From Trichoplax adhaerens (taxonomy: Eukaryota > Animalia > Placozoa): a stretch of 64,000 nucleotides of DNA. Below the pieces are notes generated by a model that had not been told where the DNA came from, ran no database searches, and saw only the letters and a program-made list of their open reading frames with translations. Positions 29,101 to 43,308 of this stretch are shown in pieces. The first letter of the stretch is position 1. Each line of letters opens with the position of its first letter. The stretch is from NCBI RefSeq assembly GCF_000150275.1, contig NW_002060948.1:5440336-5504335 (forward strand), given 5' to 3'. Both the position numbers and the translations under genes were made by a program.

Positions 29101-32100
29101 ATCATCGCTCTTATAGTGGTCCAGCCAATTGCAAATTAAAATATAGAGAATAGACAATTAACGAATAGTATTGATATTTTTTTGCCCTGTACGATGGAAT
29201 TCACACTTATCATATTCAATTTGCTAAATACTATTTATTTCGCCATAATATTGTTGGCTAAATGAACATACAGAGATTTATTCTATTGAATAGATAGAAT
29301 CGTGATGCGCTAGAAGTAAATAAGCTTCATTTTTTACTTTACTGTATTTCGGCTCAAATTTTAATTCACATATGTTCCAGTTGTACTTTTTTTGACCGAC
29401 TTAATTCCGTTATAAAAAAAACGCATAGAAATTATGAAAACATCCGATAGAAGTTGCTATTCTTTTATCCATTTACATTACATGAACTGTCACAGGTAAA
29501 ATATGGATTTGTTGTTCCTATTGTTATTATCAACACTGATGTTGTTGTTGTTGTTGCTATCAATGTATTAATATAAGTGAGATCATGTTATTGTTTCGGT
29601 TAGGTAAAAGCGACATGTACACCCACTAATCTACAACTTTAAGGATAGAAAACAATTCATTGCATATATTCCCCTCAGGTCAAGTCCCTAGAGAAAAATA
29701 TGTCAAAATAGATCTTTTAGAAGCTGCCATTATCATTCACTCTGTTGACAATATAGGATATGAAATCGATCAAAGAAGACATTTTCAGCATCAATCTTTG
29801 GTTTTACTTTTTATATTTATTTACTTTATTGACATATAGTATCATTATGTTGCTACAATATTTAAAAATAGCATCCAATTTTTATCAGTACAACGTAGAA
29901 ATGATGATCGAAATTTTCTGTAATCCAAGCTTAAGGGAAAGGAGTGGAGTTGGAGCTAATAAAAATTATCATTCATTTTCAATCCACTTTAATGTCATTA
30001 AATAGTAAATAATTGGCAATACTTTGATTGCCATTACTTACCAGCATTGACTAAAATTTATACCCTCCAGTAAAACACTTAATAATTTTGAATTAGCACA
30101 TTATCAAAGTAATGACAATCTACACTTACTTATTTATACTGTACGGAATGAGAATAAATTATATCGAAATTAAAAGTTTAGTAACTTATTACTTTGGGTA
30201 ATAATTTACAAATAATATCCAATTTAAAATATTAGAAGTAGATGAGTGACAGGACTAGAACAGCCACCGATAATGCTAAAATACCTTACTAAATCGAATA
30301 AAATGTTAAGGAATATCCCTACAGTCTAGGTAATAAATATTTAATTACGTCATGGCAGCCTTCAATATAGATATCATCGGATTCCTGAGTATTAGAATTG
30401 ATCATCTAAGCGATCTGGTCGAACTATAGATCTACCCTATATAAACATTGCAGTTAAATAAAAACCTAATGACGTATTTTTGTTGAAATAAATCATACTG
30501 AGAATTTTTCAGTTTAGACGACTACTGAATATGAATATTATGCGATTTAGGGAAAATATATCAGTACAACATGTCATAGAAAATTAAAACTGCGTTATAT
30601 GTCGATTTATTGATTATAGAATTCGATATTAAAATTTTACCAGGCTAGTAGCAGTCATAATTGAACGAATGAACTGGATATTTAGGTAGAAAAGATGATA
30701 TTATATAGGAGAAAAGTGATACTATCCAATTGGAGAATGGATTCAAAGATGATATGATCACGCTGCTAAGTTTCACAATATCATGGCTAGCAATAATTTC
30801 ATGCATGAATTATGAATCACTTAACAAAGTCAATAGATGACTTTCAAACAACAGAATTATAATAACGATCATTTAAAAGGGGATAAAATATCGATGTAGG
30901 ACTACAAAGTAAAAGCAGACAAAATCATGCTTGATTAACTAACAATTTTAATTCAATTTTGCGTGGAGATTACCTCTAGTAGCTATTGTATGGGTAGCAG
31001 AAGACATGATGGCATTTTGCAATGGCATAAATTAATGGTCATTGTTGCAAGGAATAAGTTGAACATGATAACTCATAAAAATATTTCATCGAAACATTTT
31101 TTATTTCTCGATAATTCATTAGCCTAGTCCAATTTGATTGAATCCTTAATTTATTACTAATAATGTGAACAATTGAAAATCATACAATAATCATATTTTC
31201 GGAAGTAAAAAAGCACCTGGCCATGTCCTCTAGCTAGTATATTGTAATGCCCGCTTAAGTATTGTATTCTTCGATGATGTTACTGGGCCTAGCCGTCAAT
31301 TTAATATGATAGTATTAATTGAACTCTGCTTTCAATTGCCACTATATCGTAGACATAATAATGTTAAGTAAGTTTTATCAAATATGATGCCTAGGATTAG
31401 ATCAAAGCAGGCCAATCAATAAGGTTCTGTTAATATTCCGTACAATAGGTTATAAGAACAATAGTAATAATAGAATACAAAATAGAGGTGGGCTAATATT
31501 TTAATTTCTTTTTACTTCCGATCTTTTAGTTGCAATCGGGGGTCCAAATATCGTCTTTATAGCCTATTCTTCAACCGGTAATGTTGACTTGATAATTTCG
31601 CCTGGTAATCATAAAGGAATCAATAAAGCCTGTAATTACCGGTGTAGATACAATTTTACTAGGTCATGTTCATGAGATCACATTTTCTTTAATTCTTATG
31701 AATGGCTCATCTTTGCCTATAGGTAATAAAATCAATGTTATATACATTCCCAATTGCAGAACAACTGCATATATTATTAATGTAAGACCTGAGAATGAGC
31801 ATGTGAGTAACGTTCTCGGATGATAATGGCACGGCCCGTGGTTAATAAACTCGAAGAAATCGCATAAAAAGTCTCCAGATGATATACATCCTTTTAATTT
31901 ATATTATATAACTGCCCCCAATTTGACTTACAGTACATTTACATATAAATACGGCTTAATATAATAGCATTGGATAATAAAAAAGAAAATCAAGCACATC
32001 ACGCGATGTTAGTGAACTTCCAATCAGGCTCTATATGCACAAAGGACAACATGAATGTCATCAATACTATCGCAACTTAGACTTCCTATCCATTATTGTC

Positions 32101-35100
32101 AAGTAAGGATGTTAATGATCCAAGTACGTAAGTAAACGGATGATGAGTACTAATATAATTCCAATAAATTTGTCTTAGATCCTGTAACAGCATACTTTCT
32201 TGTATGTGTACGTATTATTTAAAAAATTATTGTATAATATCACTTCCTTATCCATCTGCATACTGTTACCATTGAAGAAATTGCCAAGATAAATGTCTTA
32301 CTATTATATTCAACCCTCATCCAGTTTAAAACAAAGTATTATTGTCTTATTAGAGGTAAGCGCCAAAGTAAATGCAGATAAAAATGAAAATATTGCCAGC
32401 CTCCAAATTGACGTATACCTTAAAAATTGAATTGTTTTTATTTCCCCTTAAGTTCGTGAAATAATATTAATAATAAATAGAATTTATATTGACAGAAGCC
32501 GCATTACAATGGCAGTCTGTATTACTTTAGATGAAACTTGAATATTAATGGAACAAAATAAAATGCCAAGTTTCAATTAATTGCGGTATCGTTTCAAGTG
32601 TTTCATCAAATTTTCTGATACCTGCAGACTGATACCCCAAGAAATTGAGGAAAACTGAATCGTTTATATTAAATAACAGAATCAAGGTAACATACACGTA
32701 TAAGCGAATGCTTAAACTCTACAAGGGCATCTGAACTTTTAGACCAATGCCCTTTTAATAAGAATGCAGCCTGCACGGTGTTAATAATATATCATGAGAT
32801 ACTCATATACGTCCCTTCAAAGAAAACATTACATCCTACGTTATCAGACAGTTAACTAATGACTATGAGTAAGAAAGCTGTTCCATGCTTAGCACGCGTA
32901 AATTAATTAAACTTTAATTGCAATAAGTTGTTAAATTACGATTAAGGCTTGTACTGTTGTTGAGCTGAAAATTAAAGTATTATAGTATATAGAATACTAA
33001 AATTTAATTACCCTCTAAGCTGTCAGTAAATCTACTCATATAAAATCAAATTAACCTAATTTCAATACCTTCGTCTAACCTGTCTTGAGGGTAAGCAATA
33101 GATTGAGCAGAGTGTATAGAGATGTAAAAGTTATCGTAGGCTTTTTATAGCTTAAAAAATATTATTGAAAGAAAGACATCAAAGTTTTTCATGGTTTAAT
33201 ATTTACACAGTGTATGGAATGAACATCGCTATTAACCATGCTATAGTATGGATAGAATGTAGTGAGAGAATTAGAAAAATAGTCCTTTCACTGTAGTTAA
33301 GACTCAAGATACTTAAATTTACATTAAATTAGCGTCTTTCATTCTTATGATTCATTTATTTCTTTATTCGTAGAGGAATTCCTGAAGAGTTAAATATACC
33401 TCAAGAGTATGAAGATACCAGTTGATCAATGTAACCCAATCTAAACTATCTAGGCACAGTAATTCATCTTACGTAAAAAAATTAAAATCAAAAATTAATT
33501 CTATATCGAGTGTAACCTCAAATTAGATTGGAAACGCATTTTGTATTTCATATACTTTGATTTACCGCCAGACATTGTTACTACTTATCCTTATCCTATG
33601 AGTCATAAACGATGTAATACAACGTTATATTTCATTTCCGTTTTTTATGTATCGGAATTACAAAAAACAACTAGAGAATTCTTTTGTATTAGCTATGATT
33701 CTCCTTTCCTTTAAATTTTAATATCTAAAAGTGATAGGCTTCTAAAAGTTCCCATGATTCTACTCATAGTACATTACCAAAATTGATTAGTGATTGATTT
33801 TGAATAATTAATAATAGATAATCTGTCGGCTTTTCTTATATATTATACGCGGTTTAGATAGTTAAATATCTTTAATTTCAATTCCATTGTATTCTAATAT
33901 TAAACATTTATTAAACAGCCTTATTACCTTATTACCTCATCAAACGGCAGCGAAGAAACTTATAGCTGGGAATATTTAATCGCTCAAGTTATGCAATACT
34001 AAATGTAGCTCTTCTTCTGTCTTATTCATTGTTATATTAGAATTTGCGGCATTCAGTTTAATTGAGAAAGGAGTCAAAGAGAAGACATATTTATATATAT
34101 ATCTTTTTTCAGATATACTGTACTTACATGTATCTACATAATACAGTATTTACTCGAAATCTCGACCTAGAAACTATAACGAAATGATTTTCCTGGAATT
34201 ATAAACCTAAATTCTCTGGGATAAAAATGTTTGATAGTATTTAGACTATATCCATCGCAACGCTTACTGGTAGCGACATATATATATTTGCAATTCGAAA
34301 TTATAAAGCTACAAGCTTAGAAAAGATTCAATATCTCAACTTGACGATAACTGGGATTCACAATTGGCCTTGATCTATCAAAGACTAATGTAATCGATCA
34401 ATGATCTAAATAGATATTCGTAAGTTTTCACCTCTTAATGTAAAATTTGACATCGAAAGTTTTTAATTAACACATAAAGTTACAGTTGATATAACCGAAA
34501 ATGCCTCTATTGAACTCAGGAATAATGAGTCAAGGTTCAATACAGAGACGAAACCAACAACATAATACTACAAAATAGCTTATATGTGGCGCAATCTATA
34601 ACATAAATTAATTATTGACTATGGCTACAAGCTTTTGTACGAAAGAAGAGTATGTCTATCGTGTTAACCTTCTGCAAAGATAAGACTCCATCGGCTTTAT
34701 AGCTGGCTAGTATCCAATTAATCGATAGCTACTCATGCAAAATAAGTTAGCATGAAATTAATGAGCAGAAGCATATGATAAAATATAGGAAATCTGTTGA
34801 TCATAAAAACATTGCGCCAAGTCAAAAATGAACGCATATAGATTCATAAATAATTTGATGCCAAGTAGCTTAGTAAAAGCGATTTTAATCTGCTATTCGA
34901 TTCATCCGACCACTCTAATTCTTATTAATGATGCAGGAATACAAATTGGTTTGAAAATATTACAGTACAAATGTTGCGTCAAATTTTGCAATAAATTAAG
35001 TACTAAAACTTTTAGAGACGAAAAGGACTTATCTTCATATTTGCGTTATATCAATTTTTTGCTTTCAATTCACCCATTTCTTATTTATCCGTTTCTAGGA

Positions 35101-35949
35101 AATTATGTTATAAGCATCTACTTATATGTATGTCATGAGAACGACTCTATTGTCTAGAAAACTATTGTGTCTCCTTCAAATAGTTATATTGATCAGCATT
35201 ATTATTGCCTGTTTAATAAAATCTATTTTGACACCTTTATACGGTATTTAGAGAATAAAAATGTTTTATTTATTGATGTATAAAATTTTATATAACGCAG
35301 CAGAAAATTTAAGTACTTATTAAATAAAAAACTTTGGACTGTACTTTCGTTTATTTGCAAATAAGTAGATGGATTTTCAATTTAGTCTAGAAATTGATAT
35401 TTGTGTATCTATTGGTTGATTGTATTGTATATCAGTCAATAATTGAGTATCCGATAATTTATATACCTTCAAATTTTGAAGATGGAAGCGAGAAACTTCA
35501 GGTTTGTCATAGGCTACGATCATATCTTAAAAAAAGCTCTCAACTCTACTGATTTGTATCCAAAATTAACTTCCATTTATTTGATAAAATTCAAGGATAT
35601 TTTGAATATTAGATCTGACATTGTCAAGGATATAATCTTTTATAATTGTCAGTAACTTTACATTCTAATCAAAATTTAAATGATTCAACAAAAAGAATGG
35701 AATTGAATTCGTTTTTCTTTAAATTTTTCTATTGTAATGCAACGTTACAAGTAATTATCTTCCTACTCTATCTGATATTATTCTACTGATTATTAACGAG
35801 GTCGTAATGATTTTCCTAAGCGATCTAACACAATATTCAATTACTTTTCTGGAATGCTTTAGTTCATCTATCAGTACTCATATTTATTTTTTACATATAT
35901 TTATCTGATATCCAAAAATAAAAGTTACCAGGCTAGAATGAGATTTTAG

Positions 35950-36120
35950 AATGATCATTATCATCGAATCGATTTTGCAATTCGGCTGATCCATATTCAA
36001 TTGCTACGTACTTATACATTTACAGAATTTTGAAGAATAAAAAATCAAATAATTATAGCATTTATTTCTACTGCCAACCCAATGCTATATATTTACATAG
36101 TTTAAACATCTTTTACTAAA
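35950..36120 (+). pseudogene. Possible decayed class A GPCR fragment (TM6-TM7)
   Basis: IIAFISTANPMLYIY (NPxxY at 36076-36090), preceded by a frameshifted FAIRL/PYSIATYL resembling TM6 FxxCWLPY. No intact ORF. Confidence 0.3.
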
Positions 36121-38028
36121 ATTAGATTAATACTTGTATTGCCGTTAGTATAAGTATTAATTAATGGCAGAGCCTGGGGAGCTTATAAGATATTCTGACT
36201 AATTACTGCACCTGGTATTCAATTAAATAGTTGAAAAATTATAAATGTCTCAATAAAAGCTCCATGCTAACTTACCATATGTTTTTACTCCTGAATCTAG
36301 CTGTACAATAACGCAAATTGATTAACATTTCGGTAATATAACACTGATGTTAACTTTACAATTTGAATAAATATAAAACTAATTAAGATCTCGATCGATA
36401 TGTGGTTGCTGATTAGCGATTAACTGGAATCATATTTGAACAGCATAGTCTTAAACACAAACTCTCAACATTAATACAATCGTAATCTAACTATTATTGC
36501 TACTATAGTGGTATTTTAATGTTCGTAATATCAAAATAAAAAGAAATTGATGACTACTGGCCTACTAAAAGGCAATCGCCTGAATTAGTAAATATGCATT
36601 CACTATCAAGCAAAACACCGTAGTGCGATATGATTATAATAGCAGATGATAGAATTACGATTACAGAATTGCTTGTTTCTGTCTAGCTTTATTTAATTTT
36701 TTGCGATTCAATATTTTGCCATATAAACACAAGATATATTAGTATTGAGACTGCCATTTCTGCATGACTATTACTGCAGATATAAATCATTTCTAAGCAT
36801 CCAAACAAGTCAATTCTAATGAAAGCAAATACATGGTCTTATCCGATCGAACGAGCCATTAAATTGTTTAACTTACGTATCTAAGATAAAAATATGTACA
36901 GTAATAGCAAGAAATAGCTGTAGATACCGCTAAGAAGCGTAAACATATGATAGAGAGAAGAGCCTACTAATATTATTAAAGAAATGAGGTCCAAAAGCTT
37001 GCTTGATCCCATGCATATAAGTTGATAGTGAAGAATGACAGAAGAATCACCATTTTCAGTTTAATTGTACTACTGGTAAGCGACATCGTCTCTTGTTTGA
37101 AATAGCGAATAAAATACAGACTTTTATACTAAAATAAATTTAAATCTAAAGAATAATTGTTGCATGCATAGATGATGTTTCATTTTACTATGGTACTGAG
37201 TTACAGTTATTACATTAATTATTATAAAGTATTTGATATTTTGATACTAAATTAGAATCGCTCGTGATCGGACAATATCTTTATGAATTTGCCGATCGAA
37301 TAGGTGCGATTGATCAATTAATGGATCAGCCATAACCAAATGGCATCCGATGAATTAAGTAATGAAAGTCAAAATATCCGTAGCTCAGATATTATATAAT
37401 TATTACTGCAATTAGCAAAGTTCCGGTCATCAAATTACCATAGTCAAATGCTAAATGAAATATTAGGGCCCCTCCGAGTAGAATGTTACTGATACGATTT
37501 GTCTTAGTGTTTAAAATATTTGTGGTTCTGTTATATCGATCTAATACAATGAGTTTCAATCAGCCGCCAGGCATCTCATTATAAATGATCTAGATATCCT
37601 TGAGTGATATAAGTTTACTAATTAAATATAAAGTGACATACAGCATAGTTGTAGGAGTAGACATTGACGCTCAAAAGTATTGGAAAACTATTATTAGCTG
37701 TCGGTAGATAATGAACGTTTAAGTACTGTCTTTTTCTCTAGTTTGATGGATGTTGAAAGGGCTATAATTATTGAAATAGAAAAATATGGTCAAGATGTGC
37801 CTTAGTAACACCAGCCAATCACAATTTTTTTAATACCGGACACGGAAATGCAAGAATAATTATCAGTACTTCGCTTACCAGTCTATTTACTGTAATTAAT
37901 GCTAATATGACGTATATCGCAGCTGACAGTAATAATATCTCGAACGTCGCTAATAATAAATATATACAAGTAGGATCATAATAACAATATGCACATTTTT
38001 ACTTTCAAACCACCATAATCTAGCCTAT

Positions 38029-38643
38029 TGTAAGATACATTAGTGATTGATATGAATATTTCATGATATAATAGTGCAGCAAAATGCAGCTGAAGATGGT
38101 GTGATATATACCAATCACGAAATTCCAAATTTTAGAAAAATAAGGGCTTTATTGAATCTTATACAAAGATTAACTACACAGCTCTACTCTAGCCGAATAC
38201 TACTTCTAAAGACTTCTAGAACGAACTAACAGAATAATCTAAAGTTGCATGCTTTATACTTTTCGTAGCATTCGCAGCTACAATCCGCATGGCAACCTTT
38301 TACCTTATTTTACACATAGTTAAATTATTCTTAGTAAGACTATTCTACTGCGGACCATCATTAATCCAATATGGATACGACTACAGTACTTACGTAGACA
38401 TTATTCACACCAGCCAAAGTACAATGAATTAACCATATCCTAATATATGATTTACAGTTCTATTTTTACCTATAGCCATATTAGTAACTCAACAGCTTAC
38501 TGTATATAGTCATCTGTACTCTAGCATAGAGTCTCTACCACTACAGTCTATAGTTACAGCTACCAAATATCTCTTAGGATAAATATCTACCGTACATTAT
38601 ACTACACATGGCTAACAGTCTACAATCACAATACTAAGTTACA
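38029..38643 (-). mobile_element. Solo-LTR-like element, related to 42891-43308
   Basis: On the minus strand it begins TGTAACTTAGTATTGTGA...TACGGTAGAT and ends ...CTTACA, with AATAAA near 38150. No clean target site duplication. Confidence 0.35.
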
Positions 38644-41600
38644 TTACAGATGGATAGAACACTATTAATAGAGATAGACATCATATCAGGGCAAGCTATA
38701 AATAAAAATTCGAACTATATAGATATGATACAATCACGGAAAACAATTTTAGGTAGATCCCTATTTTAACATCCGAACTACTATCCTAAACGTCTTTTTT
38801 CAAAATATAATTTGCATATCGGCATGAATTGTCTAGTTTAGTTAAAAATATTAATATTGTAGATTAAACAAAGTTACAGTGTTACAATCTACAGTAATAG
38901 AACCTTAAATAATCAACTTAGAATAAAAATAAATGCACTAAAGTATATCGAGAAGATTACTACTACAGTATCTACTGATTAGCATATGGAACTGTCCATT
39001 AGATATATATTATAATGAATTATTTGGAGGAAATAGATCGAAGAAAGTTTGATACTCGGCACTTGCATTTTAAAATTTCATGGTCTCATGAAGCTGACTA
39101 GTTGCTTTGGTATTTGCTTACAATTGGAATTAATGATAGTTAGCTGATTTAGGACGAAAAAATAATATCATAATTAAGATCTGCTTTTTTAGTAGAATTG
39201 ATCAAGTCACCTAGAATATACACACCGTCAATGTAAACAAGCCGAGCTTTATGCAAACTAACTAACGGCATAAAATTATTCTTTTAATACAATTCTGGGT
39301 ATAATACAAAATTAACACCCAATACCATAGTATCTATACCTTGATCCTACCATAATGGCAAAAATGTCTTATACTAATATTTTGTTAACTTATTTTAATA
39401 GTAAGTAGAAAATATTGTTCGCGATATGATTATTTACAATTCATATTTAATGAAACTACGGCATTATTTAGTACAATGGCGCTTTATTTTTGAACACATT
39501 GATATCAATATGAGGCAATGCTTGTTGTAATATATAAGATTGCAGCTATAAATTCTTGTTAACACATATATACAAACTTCTGACGTCTTATTATACGTCA
39601 ATAATTTTATTATTTATTGATTTTAATGCCTTTATTTTAATAATAAATTTATTTTTAACACTCGATCTGGATAATAAATGCAGCAGATGTGTCTTGCTTA
39701 TTAAAAGGAGCTAAATACGATCATTCTTTCATTATTTGATATAATCGTTTAAATTAGCCTAGCATAAAGAATCACTGATCACTAAGCAATAAATATATAC
39801 TAAAATTGATAATAGATGTCGAAAATATACATTATGCCAAAAGGAAATGGTTACAGCAACTAATAATTTTATTAGTAATTCCTTTACCATAGTATTCATA
39901 TTAAAGACTATGAAAAAATATGCAATTATTTTACTTGTTTATAAACAATTAAAGATTTACTTTGTTAAGTGTAAAGAAGCCAGCACTGTATGTTATTCGA
40001 TATAAGTCTAAGCTATATTTTATCTTTTAAAATTGATATTACGATGTGGCATATAAAGCCTAACGGATACTGTTTATTAAAAAATCTAATGTAGTATGAA
40101 ATCAATGCGTCACGATCAGATCGAAATCGATAATACTGTAACTACATCGTATGACTACATCAGTGAATATTATATTAATTGAAATGTATAAAAAAATTTT
40201 GTGCCAGTAACTAATATACTGTATAGCAAGTATTTAAACACAGTAATCTGAAATTCTACCTCTTATCGAAGGTAACTCTGTATTAATAATGTAATTGATT
40301 AAAAAACTAATTAAATACCACAAATATATCTAGTATCGAAATTTCATAATAAGATAAAGTAAAATATCTAAATATAAACTTAAGGTCGCGAATTCTAATT
40401 TTATGAAAGTGATCTATCTGATTGAAAGCTATGCAAACGAGCAATTCCTTTTGCCGCTTTCAAAACATATTCTACGATAATAGCTTTAATGATTTTACTG
40501 GACGGCTTTACAACAATACCATACAATATCTATATATAAATGTTAGTTACGGTGTCTTATGTAATATCTAAATATAATTGTTTTTTTCTTAGCTTAATCT
40601 ACTTCTTGACTAATGATATTCGTACGCTATAATATAGAGAAAGATTGACAGAGCTACAAAACAAATTTCTCTAATGCTAGTCGATTTAAGTAAATAATAT
40701 GATAAAGTTTAGTGAACTGTAAAACGTCTAAATATAAATATAATAATGTCATTTAATAGTTTCTTTTTGGACAAATAAGGAAATGTTTAACCTGATCTAG
40801 TAAAGCTATAGTTAAGTTTTAGATGATCAAATATTAAGACTCAATAACAAGATAAAGCCCAGCGAACCATGAATAATAACAAAACAAAAAAATTTCTATT
40901 ATTTGTTGACTAAAAAAGAAAGATCATTTATTAATATGTAAATGATTGTAGTAAATTAACTTAAAATTATAAATAGTAAACAAAAAAATTACAATTTTTC
41001 ATTTCGTTCTACACAGGAAGCGAATAAGACTTATGTAGCGAAGTGAAGTTTCTAAACTATCAAAATTACTCCGTTACACTAACTAATTGGCTACTAAATA
41101 TCGTTTTAGTAGTCTGTGTAATATCGAAATCAATGCATAAAAATGATTAAACGATCATGTTTGTACATTGATATAGATAGTAATATTAACCATTATCCAT
41201 AAACTCAGTTCTTTTTTATACTACGCTCTACGTGAACGCAATCGATTCAAAGTACATGCTTAAGCTGGATACTTGATCTATATCATCCATCATTCGACAA
41301 TCTATAAGTTACCTTTGTTAAAAGCAAACAATAAGAGCTTAAGGTGTTTATAATTGAAATGTTTATTATACATAGACATTATAATTGCACACGCAAATAC
41401 TGTGAAATCAATAAAAATGATTGATGGCATATAAATTTGAATAGCACAATGACCATTATATTCATCGCTTGACGTACTAGATTAAAGAAATTGTATAGTA
41501 TTTTTACAATGTTATTGTATTTAAAAATTACAGGATATACACCGACAAATACGATACATTAGTGATGTTGATTTCTTTTGCACTTTTCGCAGTCCTAAAC

Positions 41601-42890
41601 TGTCTATAATAAACATCTTTTAAAAGTTACATTTTCTGAAATTACTGCTATCCATTTATACATGCCATTTATTATTGAATTATTATACATACTTAATTAT
41701 CAGACTAAAGTAATAGGGAGGCTATACCGTAATTAATATTTCTGTTTGTATAATAAGAGATCAGCTCAGAATGAATTTCAAATATGATTATAGCAGTAAT
41801 GACGTAAAAAAGCCCTTTCTTGAATATTGTATTTGATTAATTTAACAAAGATTATTTTTCTTTAGTAAATGGATTGCTTCATATCAACAAAATAATAATC
41901 TGCAATATTCTACGCAGCGTATTTCGGAAATCAGCTTATTTGTCTATATTTGTTGACTTTCACTGAGCATGATTAGTTCCTTATAAACCAGGCTATAGTG
42001 ACAATTTAAAAACAATCTCGGTAAATGGGCCAATGTCTGTCAAATTATAATATCATTATTTCTTCCAGTAGTTTGTGAAATAACTTGCTGACAATTACTA
42101 TACGTACCGTAACATTATTCATGCGAGCGTATGCATACTCTACGGTAACTAATTCAGGAAGCTAACCAAAGTTTGCAAGTAGATTTCATACAGAATCCCA
42201 GTTTAATATAGCAATTATTACTAATATAAATTTATGAGTTATTATTAAATTAATAGTTGATTATAGATTGGCATATAAAAGTATCTGCATGAAAGTTAAC
42301 CGACGCTATTTAAAAGCTCCTTAATTCTTAATATGCTAAACTGTGTTACCATATCATCTTGCCAGTGGTCATATTTTGTCGTTGTCATAGCGTATAATTT
42401 CCACAATTCACTAATAAATTTACTGAGAACTTCAAATTGAACATGATATATATATATTCTAAAATTTAACAGATCAAATTACTAGATAAGTAACCTCGAA
42501 CAAGTATATTCTATTCAAATTATGCGTGTTTTGTACTTATCTAAAATTTTATATATCTGCCGATATTATAGCATATTCCACCATCCTAAAGATGCCTTCT
42601 CTGTCTGTCATAAACACTGTATATTGTATGCAAATGTGTTACTGACCATCAAATTCTATTCTTTAGCATAATATCTTGCCTACATTAACACACTATGTTA
42701 CGTAAAACGGAGAACTTTATCTATTATAGACTAAGATCGTGTATAGAGCAATCAATCAGTTAAATGATATTCTCTAGGTTAAACCTATTTAAAGCTATCT
42801 GTGATGGAGGGTTCAATGTCTCAGAAGATTGAAATTTAGTCGCCATTTACAATTATTACACCAAAGGGGTTTATAAAAGTTATGCTTTAT

Positions 42891-43308
42891 TGTAGGTTAG
42901 TAATGTGAAGTACAGTGAGGTAGTTACGGTAGATCAGCGTGCAAGCTGTCGTGAGTAACGAGTAGAAGTATTAGACTGTGAGAGACTAACTAGAAGACTA
43001 ACTGAGAGGCTAACGAACTCTGAGGTAGAAATCACCGGTATTTGTAGTTTTAAAGATAGTGCACATGCGGAGAATAGGATTGTGGAATTAGATACAACAT
43101 ATACCATAACAGGTTACAAAATAGCAGATGATTGTAGAAAACAGAGAGTACCGTAATAACTAAATACAGTAGTCTATATATGAATTTAGAGTAAGCGGAC
43201 TATAGATCTGTCTAAATATAAGAGCAATACAACATGTCTATATTTAAGAGTAGAATATAGTTACAGTATATTCTAAATACACTACTCCATCTCTTCTAAC
43301 TACTTACA
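42891..43308 (+). mobile_element. Solo-LTR-like element
   Basis: It begins TGTAGGTTAGTAATGTGA...TACGGTAGAT and ends CTAACTACTTACA (TG..CA with short terminal inverted repeat). Purine-skewed, with a TATA-like CTATATA near 43174. Confidence 0.4.
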
